NCBI RefSeq assembly: GCF_964213995.1
Contig: NC_135821.1
Location: 46,128,001 to 46,192,000 of the forward strand
Direction: 5' to 3'
From: Mustelus asterias
Taxonomy: Eukaryota
Length of the DNA stretch: 64,000 nt
Positions 37,541 to 50,604 of the stretch are shown in pieces (position 1 is the stretch's first letter; the number at the start of each line of letters is the position of its first letter). Under the pieces are notes generated by a model. That model was not told the origin of the DNA, made no database searches, and worked only from the letters and a program-made list of their open reading frames with translations. A program made the position numbers and the translations under genes.

Positions 37541-39005
37541 CTCCCTCCCTTCCCCCCCTCCTCATTCCCTCACCTTCCCCCGCTCCATTCCCTTATTCCT
37601 CCTCCTCCCCATTCCCTCCCCATTCCCTCCCCATTCCCTCCACCCTCCACATTCCCTCCACCCTCCACATTCCCTCCACCCTCCACATTCCCTCCACCCT
37701 CCACATTCCCTCCACCCTCCACATTCCCTCCACCCTCCACATTCCCTCCACCCTCCACATTCCCTCCACCCTCCACATTCCCTCCACCCTCCACATTCCC
37801 TCCACCCTCCACATTCCCTCCCCCCCCATTCCCTCCCCCCCCATTCCCTCCCCCTTCCCCCCATTCCCTCCCCCTTCCCCCCCATTCCCTCCCCCTTCCC
37901 CATTCCCTCCCCCTCCCCATTCCCTCCCCCTCCCCATTCCCTCCCCCCTCCCCATTCCCTCCCCCCTCCACATTCCCTCCCCCCTCCCCATTCCCTCCCC
38001 CCTCCCCATTCCCTCCCCCCTCCCCATTCCCTCCCCCCTCCACATTCCCTCCCCCCCCCATTCCCTCCCCCCTCCACATTCCCTCCCCCCCCATTCCCTC
38101 CCCCCCCATTCCCTCCCCCCCCATTCCCTCCCCCCCCATTCCCTCCCCCCCCATTCCCTCCCCCCCCATTCCCTCCCCCCCATTCCCTCCCCCCCATTTC
38201 GTCCCCCCCATTCCCTCCCCCTTCCCCCCCATTCCCTCCCCCCTCCCCCCCCATTCCCTCCCCCCTCCCCCCATTCCCTCCCCCCACCCCATTCCCTCCC
38301 CCTCCCCATTCCCTCCCCCTCCCCATTCCCTCCCCCTCCCCATTCCCTCCCCCTCCCCATTCCCTTCCCCCTCCCCATTCCCTCCCCCTCCCCATTCCCT
38401 CCCCCCTCCCCATTCCCTCCCCCCTCCCCATTCCCTCCCCCCTCCCCATTCCCTCCCCCCTCCCCATTCCCTCCCCCCTCCCCATTCCCTCCCCCTCCCC
38501 ATTCCCTTCCCCCTCCCCATTCCCTCTCCCCTCCCCCCTCCCCATTCCCTCCCCCCTCCCCATTCCCTCCCCCCTCCCCATTCCCTCCCCCTCCCCATTC
38601 CCTCCCCCCTCCCCATTCCCTCCCCCCTCCCCATTCCCTCCCCCCTCCCCATTCCCTCCCCCCTCCCCATTCCCTCCCTATTCCCTCCCCCCTCCCCATT
38701 CCCTCCCCCCTCCCCATTCCCTCCCCCCTCCCCATTCCCTCCCCCCTCCCCATTCCCTCCCCCCTCCCCATTCCCTCCCCCTCCCCATTCCCTCCCCCTC
38801 CCCATTCCCTCCCCCTCCCCATTCCCTCCCCCTCCCCATTCCCTCCCCATTCCCTCCCCCTCCCCATTCCCTCCCCATTCCCTCCCCCTCCCCATTCCCT
38901 CCCCCTCCCCATTCCCTCCCCCTCCCTATTCCCTCCCTATTCCCTCCCCCTACCCATTCCCTCCCCCTACCCATTCCCTCCCCCTCCCCATTCTCTCCCC
39001 CCTCC
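37541..39005. repeat. C-rich minisatellite built on a CATTCCCTCC core (12-18-bp units)
   Basis: About ten perfect 18-mers (ccacattccctccaccct) at ~37627-37815, then variable ccccattccctcc(c)n(t) units. Confidence 0.97.
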
Positions 39006-39009
39006 AATA

Positions 39010-40820
39010 AGGTGTTCTCTTACATCATTGTAAGAGTGATACTGTACTCAGTCCCATATTATCTCTTTACATACAAAACCCTTATACTGCACCTCCCCCA
39101 AGTCTTTATCGAGGATATTTACATTATCCCAGTTAACCCCATGTATTTACATCATTATTATGACCCTATTTCCCCACCTCCCTCAAGTCTCTGATTTCAT
39201 AGTTTCAAGTGATCTGGGGGCCTTATAACCCCTCCCTATCTTGTTCTCACTTCTGTCAGAAGAGTGATAATCAGCCAATAAACTTTGTTGAATAGGAGGT
39301 TGTTCTGTCATTAAGATGTCTTTTCATCCTCTTTTTTTTCCATGCCTTGATATTGAAGCATTCTTTGTTAACTCTCCAATTGTAATGTTGGGCAGTGATT
39401 GGTGTGGCCTGTATTTTACGGGCCGACGGATGTTGGACTCATTTCTGTAGTGTTTTTTCATTTTCTCCTTTCTGTGGCTCATCGTGACACACATTGGGAT
39501 GGAACATGGTTCTTCCTGTTGTGAGGCTGTGATTTGGGAGTAAACTCAACCTTGCATTTGGCTGAGTGGTGTGCAGGTCATCAGTGGATGGTTGCTATTC
39601 AGTTGCAGCATCATGGACGGTACTGTCATGCTGGGGGTGAGTTGCAGCCTGTACTCTGTGGTATCAGGGCTTATCCCTCCACCTGATGTCGGAGCCAAAG
39701 GTTGGGGCTGCACTCATTGCTGGTTTCTCTCTTGACTGTCACCTGCTGAGGTGTCATCATAACCATCCATGTGCGTGGCTAGTCTGACTAATGAATGGCT
39801 TCTGGCACCTGTAATGAAAGTGGGACAGACCTGCTCTTGAAAGAGAGAAGACAATTCAGAGCTCAAGTCCCAATCAAAATAATCTTTCTTAGTGGAGCTC
39901 TTCGGAACCTGCAGTTCTCTATAATTTATGGCAGTGATTGGTTTGACTTTTTCTGCCATTTTGAAGAGATTCAGGGCTACACGGGCATTTCAGCTCAAGG
40001 GAGAAAAAGACCGGTAATGGATGACATATATCAGATTGAAAATTTATTTGCCATCAAACTTTAATGGTTTCAGAATCGTGCCTATGACCAGAAGTCAGCT
40101 TTATCCAGGCTCACTAAGTAGTGCATCTGCTGAACGTAGCCAGAGGTTTCTCAGCCATGGTTCTCCATCCAATAGAAACATAATACTGGCTCGCATGTCC
40201 AATTTTAATTCGGTGAGATGGTCATTAACCAAGATGTCCGCATTCCAGAATGACAACCTCGGATCTTTGACCTCACCCAGAAAGCATGGCTGTGTGTTCT
40301 CTTGGCGTGCTGTCTCGACCTTCTGTGCACTTCTGGTGTTTTGGCTTTATACTTTTCAAAGTATTAAGTTACATTGAAAATATTTGTGTGAAATTGTGGG
40401 ACGTTGATCATGCCTGTGGGGGCACTTTTCTCCACAGCACTGACATGGTCACTCTATTGGTTGATTAGGGTTTTGCTGTCCCTGGACTATCGCTGTTTCT
40501 GGGCTGTTTCACGAACTGGGCGCTGGGGTTTTACTTTGTGCCACAACCTGCATCTTCCCTTTAACATGAAACTGGACTGCAAAATGGTTTCAGATTGCCT
40601 GATAATCTGGATGGCTTGCTCAAGAATTAGATCTTTCTTCACTTGAAATATGCCTGAGAGTGAGTCACCTGTCACGCCTACAATCGTTCTATCCCTGATT
40701 AGCTCAGGTCATTGTAATCACAGCCTTCAGCCATTCTGTACAGCTCATTAATGTAGGAGTTGACAGGTTCTCCTGACTGCTGTACACCTTCATTAAATGT
40801 ATTCTTTTTGACGGTTCTGT
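39010..40820 (-). mobile_element. Degraded Gypsy/Ty3 LTR retrotransposon remnant
   Basis: Minus strand reads gag-like VQQSGEPVNSYINELYRMAEGCDY..LIRDRTIVGV..DLILEQAIQIIRQSE, protease-like VNDHLTELKLD, and integrase-tail-like RTR*GGVIRPPDHL, followed by PPT-like gacttgggggagg. Confidence 0.7.
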
Positions 40821-40832
40821 TACTTTTTTTAT

Positions 40833-41980
40833 TAGTCATCGAGGTTTACAGCATGGAAACAGGCCCTTCGGCCCAACTTGTCCATGCTGCCCTTTTTCTA
40901 AACCCCTAAACTAGTCCCAATTGACCGCATTTGGCCCATATCTCTCTATACCCATCTTACCCATGCAACTGTCTAAACGTTTTTTAAAAGACAAAATTGT
41001 ACCCGCCTCAACTACTACCTCTGGCAGCTTGTTTCAGACACTCACCTCTGTGTGAAAAAATTGCCCTTCTGAACCCTTTTGTATCTCTCCCCTCTCACCT
41101 TAAACCCATGCCCTCTAGTTTTAGACTCCCCTACCTTTGGGAAAAGATATTGACTACCTAGCTGATCTATGCCCCTCATTATTTTATAGACCTCTATAAG
41201 ATTACCCCTCAGCCTTCTACGCTCCAGAGGAAAAAGTCCCAGCCTATCCAGTCTCTCCTTATAACTCAAACCATCAAGTCCCGGTAGCATCCTAGTAAAT
41301 CTCTTCTGCACTCTTTCTAGTTTAATGATACCTTTTCTATAATCGGATGACCAGAACTGTACATAGTATTCCAAGTGTGGCCTTACCAATGCCTTGTACA
41401 ACTTCAACAAGATGTCCCAACTCCTGTATTCAATGTCCTGACCAATGAAACCAAGCAAGCATGCATTTATTTAAATCAAAATCCATCTGCCATTTGTCAA
41501 CCCACTGGCCCAATTGATCAAGATCCTGTTGCAATCCTAAATAACCTTCTTCACTGTTCACTATGCCACCAATCTTGGTGTCATCTGCAAACTTACTAAC
41601 CATGCCTCCTATATTCTCATCCAAATCATTAATATAAATGACAAATAACAGTGGACCCAGCACCGATCCCTGAGGCACGCCGCTGGTCACAAGTCTCCAG
41701 CTTGAAAAGCAACCGTCTACAACCACCCTCTGGCTTCTGTCATCAAGCCAATTTTGTATCCATTTAGCTACCTCACCCTGGATCCTATGAGATTTAACCT
41801 GATGCAACAACCTACCATGTGGTACCTTGTCAAAGGCCTTGCTAAAGTCCATGTAGACAACATCAACTACACTGTCCTCGTCTATCTTCTTGGTTACTCC
41901 TTCAAAAACTCAATCAAATTCATGAGACATGATTTTCCACTCTCAAAGCCATGCTGACTCTCCCTAATCAGTCCTTGTGT
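40833..41980 (-). mobile_element. CR1 RT/3' fragment
   Basis: DFSKAFDKVPH..PQGSVLGPLLFVIYINDLD..FADD and LYKALVRPHLEY. Confidence 0.95.
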
Positions 41981-42289
41981 CATTTGCGGGATTGGGTGTC
42001 ACTGGCTGGGACAACATTTATTACCCACCTAACAGCCCTTGAGAAGCTAGTGGTGAACTGCCTTCTTGAAATGCAGAGGTCCATGTTCTTTAACATCGTC
42101 CACATTGTCCTTGGCTGAACTTTCTTCTTCACCAGTCGTATGATGGAGTTCTTCCTCAGTAGTAGTATGCTGGAGTTCTTCCTCGGTATTCGTATGCTGG
42201 TGTTCTTCATCTTTATCTTCCCAGAGATCTTCTTTGGATTCTATGATCTGACCCTGGTAGAGAGGGAGTACTTCTGAGGTTAAAATAAA

Positions 42290-43935
42290 TCACATCAACA
42301 ATTTCCAGTTCCCCGGCCCCAACCGTCTCCTCTTTACCATAGATATTCAATCCCTCTGTCCCTCCATTCCCCGTAAGAAGCCTCACAACACCAGGTTCAA
42401 GTCCAACAGGTTTACTTGGTAGCAAATACCATAAGCTTTCGGAGCACTGCTCCTTCGTCAGATGGAGTGGAAATGTGCTCTCGTTTCCCATTCCCCACCA
42501 TGATGGCCTGAGAGCTCTCCATGTCTTCCTTAAACACAGGCCTGAACACTCCCTGTCCATCACCACTCTCCTCCATTTGGCTGAACTTGTTCTCTCAATG
42601 AACAATTTCTCCTTTAACTTGTCTCACTTCCTCCAAATAAAAGATGTTGCTATGGGCACCCCCATAATGCTACTTATGCTTGTCTCTTTATGAGATATGT
42701 GGAACTTTCTTTTTCCAGTCCTACTCCGCCCCCTCCCTCAACTCTTTCATCGGTGCATTGACAATTATTTTGGTGATATTTCATGTTCTTGTCTGGACCT
42801 GGAAAATCTATCACCTTCACTTCCAATTTCCGCCCCTCTATCACCTTCACACGGTCCAACTCTGACACTCCCTTCCCTTTCTTGACCACTCTGACTCCAT
42901 TTATAGCGATGGACTGTCCACCAGTATCCATTACAAGCCCACCGACTCCCACACCTACCTTAACTACAACTCTTCACACCCCACTCCATCCCATTCTCTC
43001 ATTTCCTCTGGCGCATTTGTTGCAATGACGCCACTTCTCAAAATGGCGCTGCTGATATGCCTTCCTTCTCCCTTCATTGTGATTTTCCATCCACTATAGT
43101 TGACAGGGCTCTCAACCATGTCTGACCCATCTCCCGTGCCTCACCCCTTCCCTTCCCTCCCAGAAGCAGCATAGGGTCCCCCTTTCCTCACTTTTCACCC
43201 CTCCAGCCTCCGCATTCCAAGGATCAGCTTCCGCCATTTCCACCAACTCCAGCATGATGCCACCTCCAAATACATCTTCCCCTCACTACCCCTGTCAGTA
43301 TTCTGTAGGGACCATTCCCTCGAGGATACCCTGGTCCACTCCTCTATCACACCCAACATCTCACCCCCTTCCCACGTTACCTTCCCATGCAAAATCTGCC
43401 CCTTTACCTTCTTCCTGCTCACCATCCCAGGTCCTAAACACTCCTTTCAGGTGAAGCAGTGCTTCATATGCGCCTCCTTCTAATCTGGTCGAATGCATTT
43501 GCTGCTCCCAATGCAGTCTACTCTACATCAGTGAGACCAAACGCAGACTGGGTGACCACTTTGTTGAACACCTTCGGTCCATCCGCAATCATGACCCAGA
43601 CCTTCCTTCACTTGCCACTTCAACACACCTGCTCTCCTGTCCATATGTCCATCGTTGGCCTTTTGCAATGTTGCAGTGAAGCCCAATACAAACTGGAGGA
43701 ACAACACCTGACCTAATGAGATGTTTACAGCCTTCCAGACTTAACACTGAGTTCAACGACTTCAGAGCATGAACTCTCCCCTCCACCTTCATCCCATTTC
43801 CATCTATGTATTTATTTATTTTAAATTTTAATTTCTTCCACTGTTTCATTTTTCATGCTGTCAGACCTGCTGAGATTTTTCAGCATTTTCTGTTTTTGTT
43901 TCAGATTCCAGCATCCGCAGTATTTTGCTTTTTAT
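42290..43935 (+). mobile_element. Degraded Penelope-like element (RT plus GIY-YIG endonuclease)
   Basis: LLFTIDIQSL, ELVLSMNNFSFN, VAMGT, degenerate RYIDD and LYISETKRRLGDHFVEHL (GIY-YIG), then the C-terminal KLEEQHL. Confidence 0.85.
42429..42465 (-). ncRNA. Minimal hammerhead ribozyme-like motif within a 115-bp insertion (42373-42487)
   Basis: CCAU-CUGACGA-A-GGAGC-AGU-GCUCC-GAA-AGCU-U-AUGG. The insertion is flanked by the 9-bp TSD ccattcccc. Confidence 0.65.
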
Positions 43936-44338
43936 TTAAGTGGCTCAGTTGGGGTAGCCGCAACACCAGAGTTCCTGCCGTGGTAGCTGCCTCCCGATGC
44001 CATCCCCCACCATACAACCAGCCATCCCACCTTCGAGCATGCATCTATTGGATTGGGAAAGTTCAGTCCTGTGCTATTGTACTGCCCATTGTATGGAGCA
44101 CAAGTTTTCTTCAAGATTTCCTCATGCTGCCTTTTATATATTCTGGGTTTTATGGGAGAGCTTTTTTCCAAAGTTGTATTCTCCAGAATTAAAGTTAGAA
44201 ATGAAAAGGGTATTGGGTAAGATCCTTGCTTCTCAGATGACCCAGTTTTCAGGTTCCTATTCTATGCAATCAGCAGCCTGTGGAACTACTTGGCCCTTAT
44301 GTACTCCACAGATAAAGATTCCCTGTCTATTTCACAAG

Positions 44339-44598
44339 CTGTGGAGATGCCAGCGTTGGGGTGGACACAGTAAGAAGTCTCACAACACTGGGTTAAAGTC
44401 CAACAGGTTTATTTGGAATCACGAGCTTTCGGAGTGAGTCTCACATTCCAACCATTATCTTGCAATTGTGTCTTTGTCTATATATGCCGTGTTTGTGAAA
44501 CCTACCCCTCCACTCACCTGATGAAGGAGCAGTGCTCCGAAAGCTCGTGATTCCAAATAAACCTGTTGGACTTTAACCTGGTGTTGTGAGACTTATTA
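44339..44598. mobile_element. Penelope-derived mini-insertion with inverted termini
   Basis: Inverted arms at ~44375-44435 and ~44535-44594. Exact 12-bp TSD ctatttcacaag at 44327-44338 and 44599-44610. Confidence 0.8.
44514..44550 (+). ncRNA. Minimal type I hammerhead ribozyme-like motif
   Basis: UCAC-CUGAUGA-A-GGAGC-AGU-GCUCC-GAA-AGCU-C-GUGA. Intact core, perfect stems I and II, and a UC cleavage site. Confidence 0.72.
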
Positions 44599-44719
44599 CT
44601 ATTTCACAAGGTTTATGGATGAACAGCCAGATGAAGTGAAGCTACATGAAACATGAAGCTGCTCTCAAATACTTTCATAAGAGATCCCAACAATGTTCAG
44701 GCAGGAAACAACAAAAGAA

Positions 44720-45320
44720 AATAACACCTTTCTTGAGGATTGAAGTCCCAAAGCAATTTCACTGCAAATTAAATACTTCTGTCACTGTTCTAATGCAGGC
44801 AAACAATTTTCACACTGCTAGATCGCCCAAACTAATGGAGGTAAATGACCAGATAATGCGGGGGGAAATTTCCGTCTGCTTTTGCCGAGAGCTGGGAAAC
44901 GAGAATCTTGCCGGCAAGATCCCGTTTTCAGATATTCCCCCACTCTGCTAGTGATGTAACATGGGCCACATCTGCAGATATTTTTTGGCACCAGGTTCTG
45001 GGTAATCTACTGAGAAAAGTTGGCTGCGTAGCCGGTGAGCTGCAAACCGGCTTTCCTCACCTCTGCCATCACTTGCCGCAAAAATGGGAAAATTCCGCCT
45101 AATATGTTTTTGATGTTCGAGGACACAGGGAAAACTCTCCCGCACTTGTTCAGATAGTACGATGGGATCTTTGACGCTTAACTGAAAGGGCAGATGGAGC
45201 CTTGATTACAAGTCACAATTGAAGGGTGGCACTTCTCCCGACCTGGTTTGTATGCTGGATCGTGGGCTAAAGTTCTGTGGTGAGATTTGAACCTGTAATC
45301 TTCTCACTCAGAGGCTGCCA
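44720..45320 (-). mobile_element. Old Deu-domain (SacSINE1/AmnSINE1-like) SINE interrupted by a MITE (~44860-45100)
   Basis: actgaaagggcagatggagccttgatt..ggcac motif shared with ~51890-51950 and ~59705-59770. Confidence 0.5.
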
Positions 45321-46348
45321 TCAAGGCTATTTACAATAGCATTCCTCCTGGAGTTAAATCCTTTCTAAAGGGCTTTTCTAACAGTATTACTCTGAGGGCT
45401 GAAACAGGTTCTGCTTCATGAAGTGCAATCGAAGGCCATAGTTACACTGTGCAATGTTACGTACAGTTGGCAAACCAAAATCATGTGTTCACGTGCCTGC
45501 ACACAGCTCTACCTACAGAAGTGTTTTTTTTCCTCACACTCTTTAAAGTATTAAAGGCTTGCTTCCCTCCTAACCTTATCGATTCCACCCAAAGGGAAGC
45601 CTTTCCTTAATGCACATCCAAAATTGCAAAAAAGTGTTCTAGAATTTACCATTATCCACAAACTAATGAAGCACCTTAGTTTGGGTGCACAGCAACAGAA
45701 ATGGATGGGCAGTGGGATGACTCCCCAGGACTTAAATGGGAAATTCCTAATTGACCTCCCAGTAGGACTCATAGAATACAAGTTCTTGGATGATTGGTAA
45801 TTACTAAACCAGGTGGAACTCGTATCCTGAGCTCTTTATAAAGCAGTCCCCTGAGTGGGTCCATTATTGTAACGTCCCACTTGGGACTTGTATGTGTTCC
45901 CCACGGGCTTGTGGTTTTACTTTACTTTTGCTCTGTGCAATAAAGCACCGTTTCTTTACAGCTGACTCCTGAGTTATTATCGGTGGACAAGCAGTCAGCG
46001 ATAGGACTGCAATACTTAACTAACCTCCAATATTCCCTCTGAAAATGTTGAAATGAAGACTGTCTTCGAAGTCCTTGTCAAGAAACAATGTGTTTCTTGA
46101 CAAACAACAAAAGATGTGTTAATTATTTGGTAATTGAACTGAGTAAAAGTCTTGCTTAGACAGCTGATTGCAACACTGTGAAGTATGTTTTAGTATCTTT
46201 TATTTGCAAAAAAGGGTGAAAGTTGGGTGTGATTTGCTACATGCTGTTCTTCTTATCCTGTCTATCAAATAAAACTCGATCATGAGCCATGCTAAATTCT
46301 CACTCAGTGAACTGAACAGGTGTCGGAGTATGGCGACTTGGAGATTTT

Positions 46349-46672
46349 GGACGGCACATTGGCATGGTGGTTAGCACTGCTGCCCCACAGTGCCAGGATC
46401 CCGGGTTCAATTCGAGCCTCAGGTCATTGTCTGTGTGGAGTTTGTACATTCTCCCCGTGCCTGCGTGACTTTCCTTCGGGTGCTCCGATTTCTTCCCATT
46501 CTCCAAAGATGTGCAGGTTAAGTTGATTGGTTATGTTAAAATTGCCCCTTTGTGTCAGGGGGTTAGCAGTGTAAGTAAGTGGGGTTACGGGGATAGGGCC
46601 TGGGTGGGATTGTGGTCAGTGCAGACTTGATGGGCCGAATAGCCTCCTCCTGCACTGTAGGGATTCCATGGA
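46349..46672 (+). mobile_element. HE1/V-SINE nested in a B-tail SINE remnant
   Basis: Full SINE flanked by the two halves of the B tail (..ggcgacttggagatttt and catagtaacttcattgc..). Confidence 0.8.
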
Positions 46673-47587
46673 TTCATAGTAACTTCATTGCTGTGTTACT
46701 GGAAGCCTACTTGTGACATGAATAAAAATTTAAAAATATAGGAAAGCACAATGGTGCATTTTCATTATGAGCGAATTGAAAACATTCCTTGCCATTTTCC
46801 CGGCCTCAATACTTGCTTGAAACATTTTGCACCTGTAGCTTTTTCCAGTCTGGTGAAAGGTCATGGACTTGAAACATGTAACTGTCTGCCTCGCCCCAGA
46901 TGCTGCCTGACCTGCTGAGTATTTCCACCATTTTCAATTTTTATTTCGGACTTCCAACAAATCACCTTCAAACAGCATCAGCCCTTTCAACTTTCCCCAA
47001 CAGGTATGATAGTTATCTTGGTGGAGATGAAATCCTGTCACACACCCATAATTAGCCTGCTGGTGCTAATCCCAGTGAAGGGATTCTTAAAATGAACACT
47101 CTGAAGGGGCACAGGGGGAGCGATCCAGAGATTAATGTGCAAATAATAGGATATGGTTCTCAAATTGGAAAGGTGCAGTAAGTTACCACACCGGCCTTTC
47201 ATCCCCGTTTGAATCCAGACTGAACACAGCACGAGCTAAAATGACAAGTGAGCCTTTACTGAACTACAAATGTTCCTTTCCAAGAGAAGCAATTTCAGTT
47301 GCAATCTCCTGAAAACTGACACACTGGGGAGTTAGCACGATAAAACAACTGCAGGGATCTGAATCTGATAGCTAAGGCTTAGGAACCAAATAAAATGTGC
47401 AAAGGTAACAAGGAATCGATTGGAATCTGCCTGACAATGTTGTGGCATTGAATGTGCAGCTGAGCAATGTTGGAGAAGTGCCAGCGGCTTGTTACCTGGG
47501 AACAATAGCGTACCATTGTGGAGGAGGCTGAGCAGAAGAACTCGGCTAACTGTAGCAGCTGCTAAATGGCCTTCTCATCGGACAAAG

Positions 47588-47893
47588 AGCAGTGGCCTTA
47601 GTGGTATTATCGCTAGACTATAAACCCAGAAGCTCAGCTAATGATCTGGGGTCCCGGGTTCAAATCCCGCCACGGCGGATGGTGGAATTGGAATTCAAGA
47701 AACAATAATCTGGAATGAAGAATCTACTGATGACCATGAACCCATTGTTGATTGCTCTTTATTTGAGGTATGCACTGATTCAGTCAGGTGCAAGACTGAC
47801 CAACAGGGTGCAGCATTGGAAGAAGCTAATTGCCCAGGGGTCACCTGACCCACACTTCTAAAGGGGCAGTCCGCACCCCAAACCTCAACATAC

Positions 47894-47933
<40 letters not shown>

Positions 47934-48240
47934 TATAGCACAGAACCAATCCTTTAATTGTCTCTGCCTTGATCTTGTGGCTGGAAATTATCCTCAGTCT
48001 TGGTGTCTGGAATCCTGTTCAGCATAATCAATTGTTCCTCACCTGGACTAATGCCTTTCAGGGAAGGAAATCTGTCGCCTTACCTGGTCTGGCCTATGTG
48101 TTGGCCACTCAGTTGCGTCAGGCACTGTGGGTCAACCCACAGCACATGGACTGCAGCATTTCAAGAAGGCGGCTCACCACCACCTTCTCAAGGGCAACTG
48201 GGGATGGACAATAAATACGCATCACCCATGAATAAATGAA
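47588..48240 (+). mobile_element. tRNA-headed SINE with LINE tail, interrupted by a templated insertion
   Basis: Head tagtggtattatcgctagact..gggttcaaatccc (also at ~6535-6610). The body resumes at actaatgcctttcagggaagg. Confidence 0.7.
47896..47930. repeat. (TA)n microsatellite
   Basis: About 17 TA units. A mirrored copy lies at ~48766-48800. Confidence 0.95.
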
Positions 48241-48762
48241 GAGAAAAATTTAAACACCCATCCAAATGGGGGTGAGGGGGAATAAGGTTTGCCAGAATCT
48301 CCCCCTCACCAAGATCACAAATTGGTTTCTCATTGACCGGAAGTGGAAGCTACCAACTGAATAGAAACTGACCTTGTTTGGAACCATTGCCAGAGATGGA
48401 ACAGTATTGATCGCTGGAAAATTGATTGGTGGAATTTTCCAGTCACGTGTATATTGAAATTTCAAACAGTAGAACAAAGTTTGACTTTTCAAAGACAGGT
48501 TGTATCGAAAGAGGCTGTGATATACGCTTTAGAATTTAGGAAAAGGTGATTCTGAAATCAAGGAGCTGGATTCTCCTTTTTAGGATGGAGGTGCAGCAAG
48601 ACAGACATCCCCCGACCATCCAACTCTGCACCTGCCATGGTCCATTTCCCCAGGTGAGGAACAATTGATTATGCTGAACAGGATTCCAGACACCAAGACT
48701 GAGGATAATTTCCAGCCACAAGATCAAGGCAGAGACAATTAAAGGATTGGTTCTGTGCTATA

Positions 48763-48802
<40 letters not shown>

Positions 48803-49611
48803 GTATGTTGAGGTTTGGGGTGCGGACTGCCCCTTTAGAAGTGTGGGTCAGGTGACCCCTGGGCAATTAGCTTCTTCCAATGTTGCACCCTGTTGGTCAG
48901 CCTTGCACCTGACTGAATCAGTGCACACCTCAAATAAAGAGCTCTCACTGTTCCTACCAAACCTACCTTGTGATTCTTGATGCACCATTAGTCCATAGGG
49001 GCATACATAACAGGTTCCACTAAAGTTCTGATGAGTTATAAGTTTAGTTGTTGAAATCTAATACAACCTTGCTAATTTAGAAAAGATGTCAACGTTCAGA
49101 AGCATACTAGGCTCCAGTTTCTGTCTGTGAGACAGGCTGGGGCTGCTTTGTGTGGATTAAGCTGAACATTGTTGATCTTCATCCTTAGATTTTGAAGCTG
49201 TGTTGGTGACCTGTGGCTCATCCGAACCAGGCTAGTGGCAGGCTGAGAGAGGCCTCTGCAAGTGCGAATGGGTTTTGATAGTCCAATTCTCGTACCAAAG
49301 GAGACACTTCAATTAAACTGCAATAAATCACTCAATATTCACAGTTTTTGGCTCGTGACAAGGGTTTGAGTTACACAGTCGGGGCAGGGTAGAGGGATGG
49401 TACAAACCTCACGTGACTGAAATGCCTCAATGTTGTGTCTTGGTGCAAAGGAGAATAGTTCATGCCTCAGTTTTACCATCTGTCATTTTAATGAGAGAAC
49501 GCATCAGAGAAAAAAAAAGATTAAAAGAAGCCTATCTTTAAGTTGGAAGTTATAAATGATTGAATCCTTCCAGCAGTTGGCAGTGCTACATCAGGTGAAA
49601 TCGCACCTTGA

Positions 49612-49941
<330 letters not shown>

Positions 49942-50604
49942 TGAAAAATTAATCATTTTGAGTAGATGGGTGGCCATAATAGAAGAACCGCGGAAGGAAT
50001 TTTACTTCAAAAGTTGACAAAAATTGTAAAGTTGAGGAAGCATATTGTCTGAACAGCTACTCCTAGCTGTAATTAAATGCTGTGACAGTCAATATTGTTT
50101 TGAAATTTATTGCCTCGCTTCTGACAATTGTGCAACAATCTTCCAATCCAAAAAAAGGGATTCTTTATTTTACACCTGTAAGGTCAACTGTAACGCATGC
50201 AAATAGCTTTATTAAATATCCACAGTATTGTTTAGGCATTGCATTTTCAGCAACACATGGGATGTTGTCCCTTTCAGAAAGCAATGAATTATCCAATGAT
50301 TTGAATTATACATCAAAGTGGAACTGGAGTGCTCCAAAATGGGAATTAGCAGCTAATTTGAATTAAGTGACATTGAAGTAAGAGGGACAAAGTTGTATCT
50401 GTATGCATTTCTTGTCTTCTGGCAGAATGCAAAATTAATGATTGGCTGTGGTGTATATATTACGCAGGGACAGATGAATCTGTGCCACATTTCTACAGCA
50501 AATATTTATTTTTATTCGCTCTCCTCTAACTTGAATGTCCTCCTCTTATTGTTGGTTGAGTCGATTGAGAGGTGAACTTCTCCCAAGCTTCTGCAAATGG
50601 ATAG

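Noticed and set aside
37474-39033. Long Pro-rich and Gly-rich ORFs (339-519 aa)
   Set aside because: They are by-products of a stop-free minisatellite, open in several frames on both strands.
42138-42211. CRISPR-like array
   Set aside because: Contiguous 27-bp tandem units without unique spacers, in a vertebrate context.
45500-46000. LTR-like stretch with TATA-like and AATAAA motifs
   Set aside because: Termini and TSD could not be defined.
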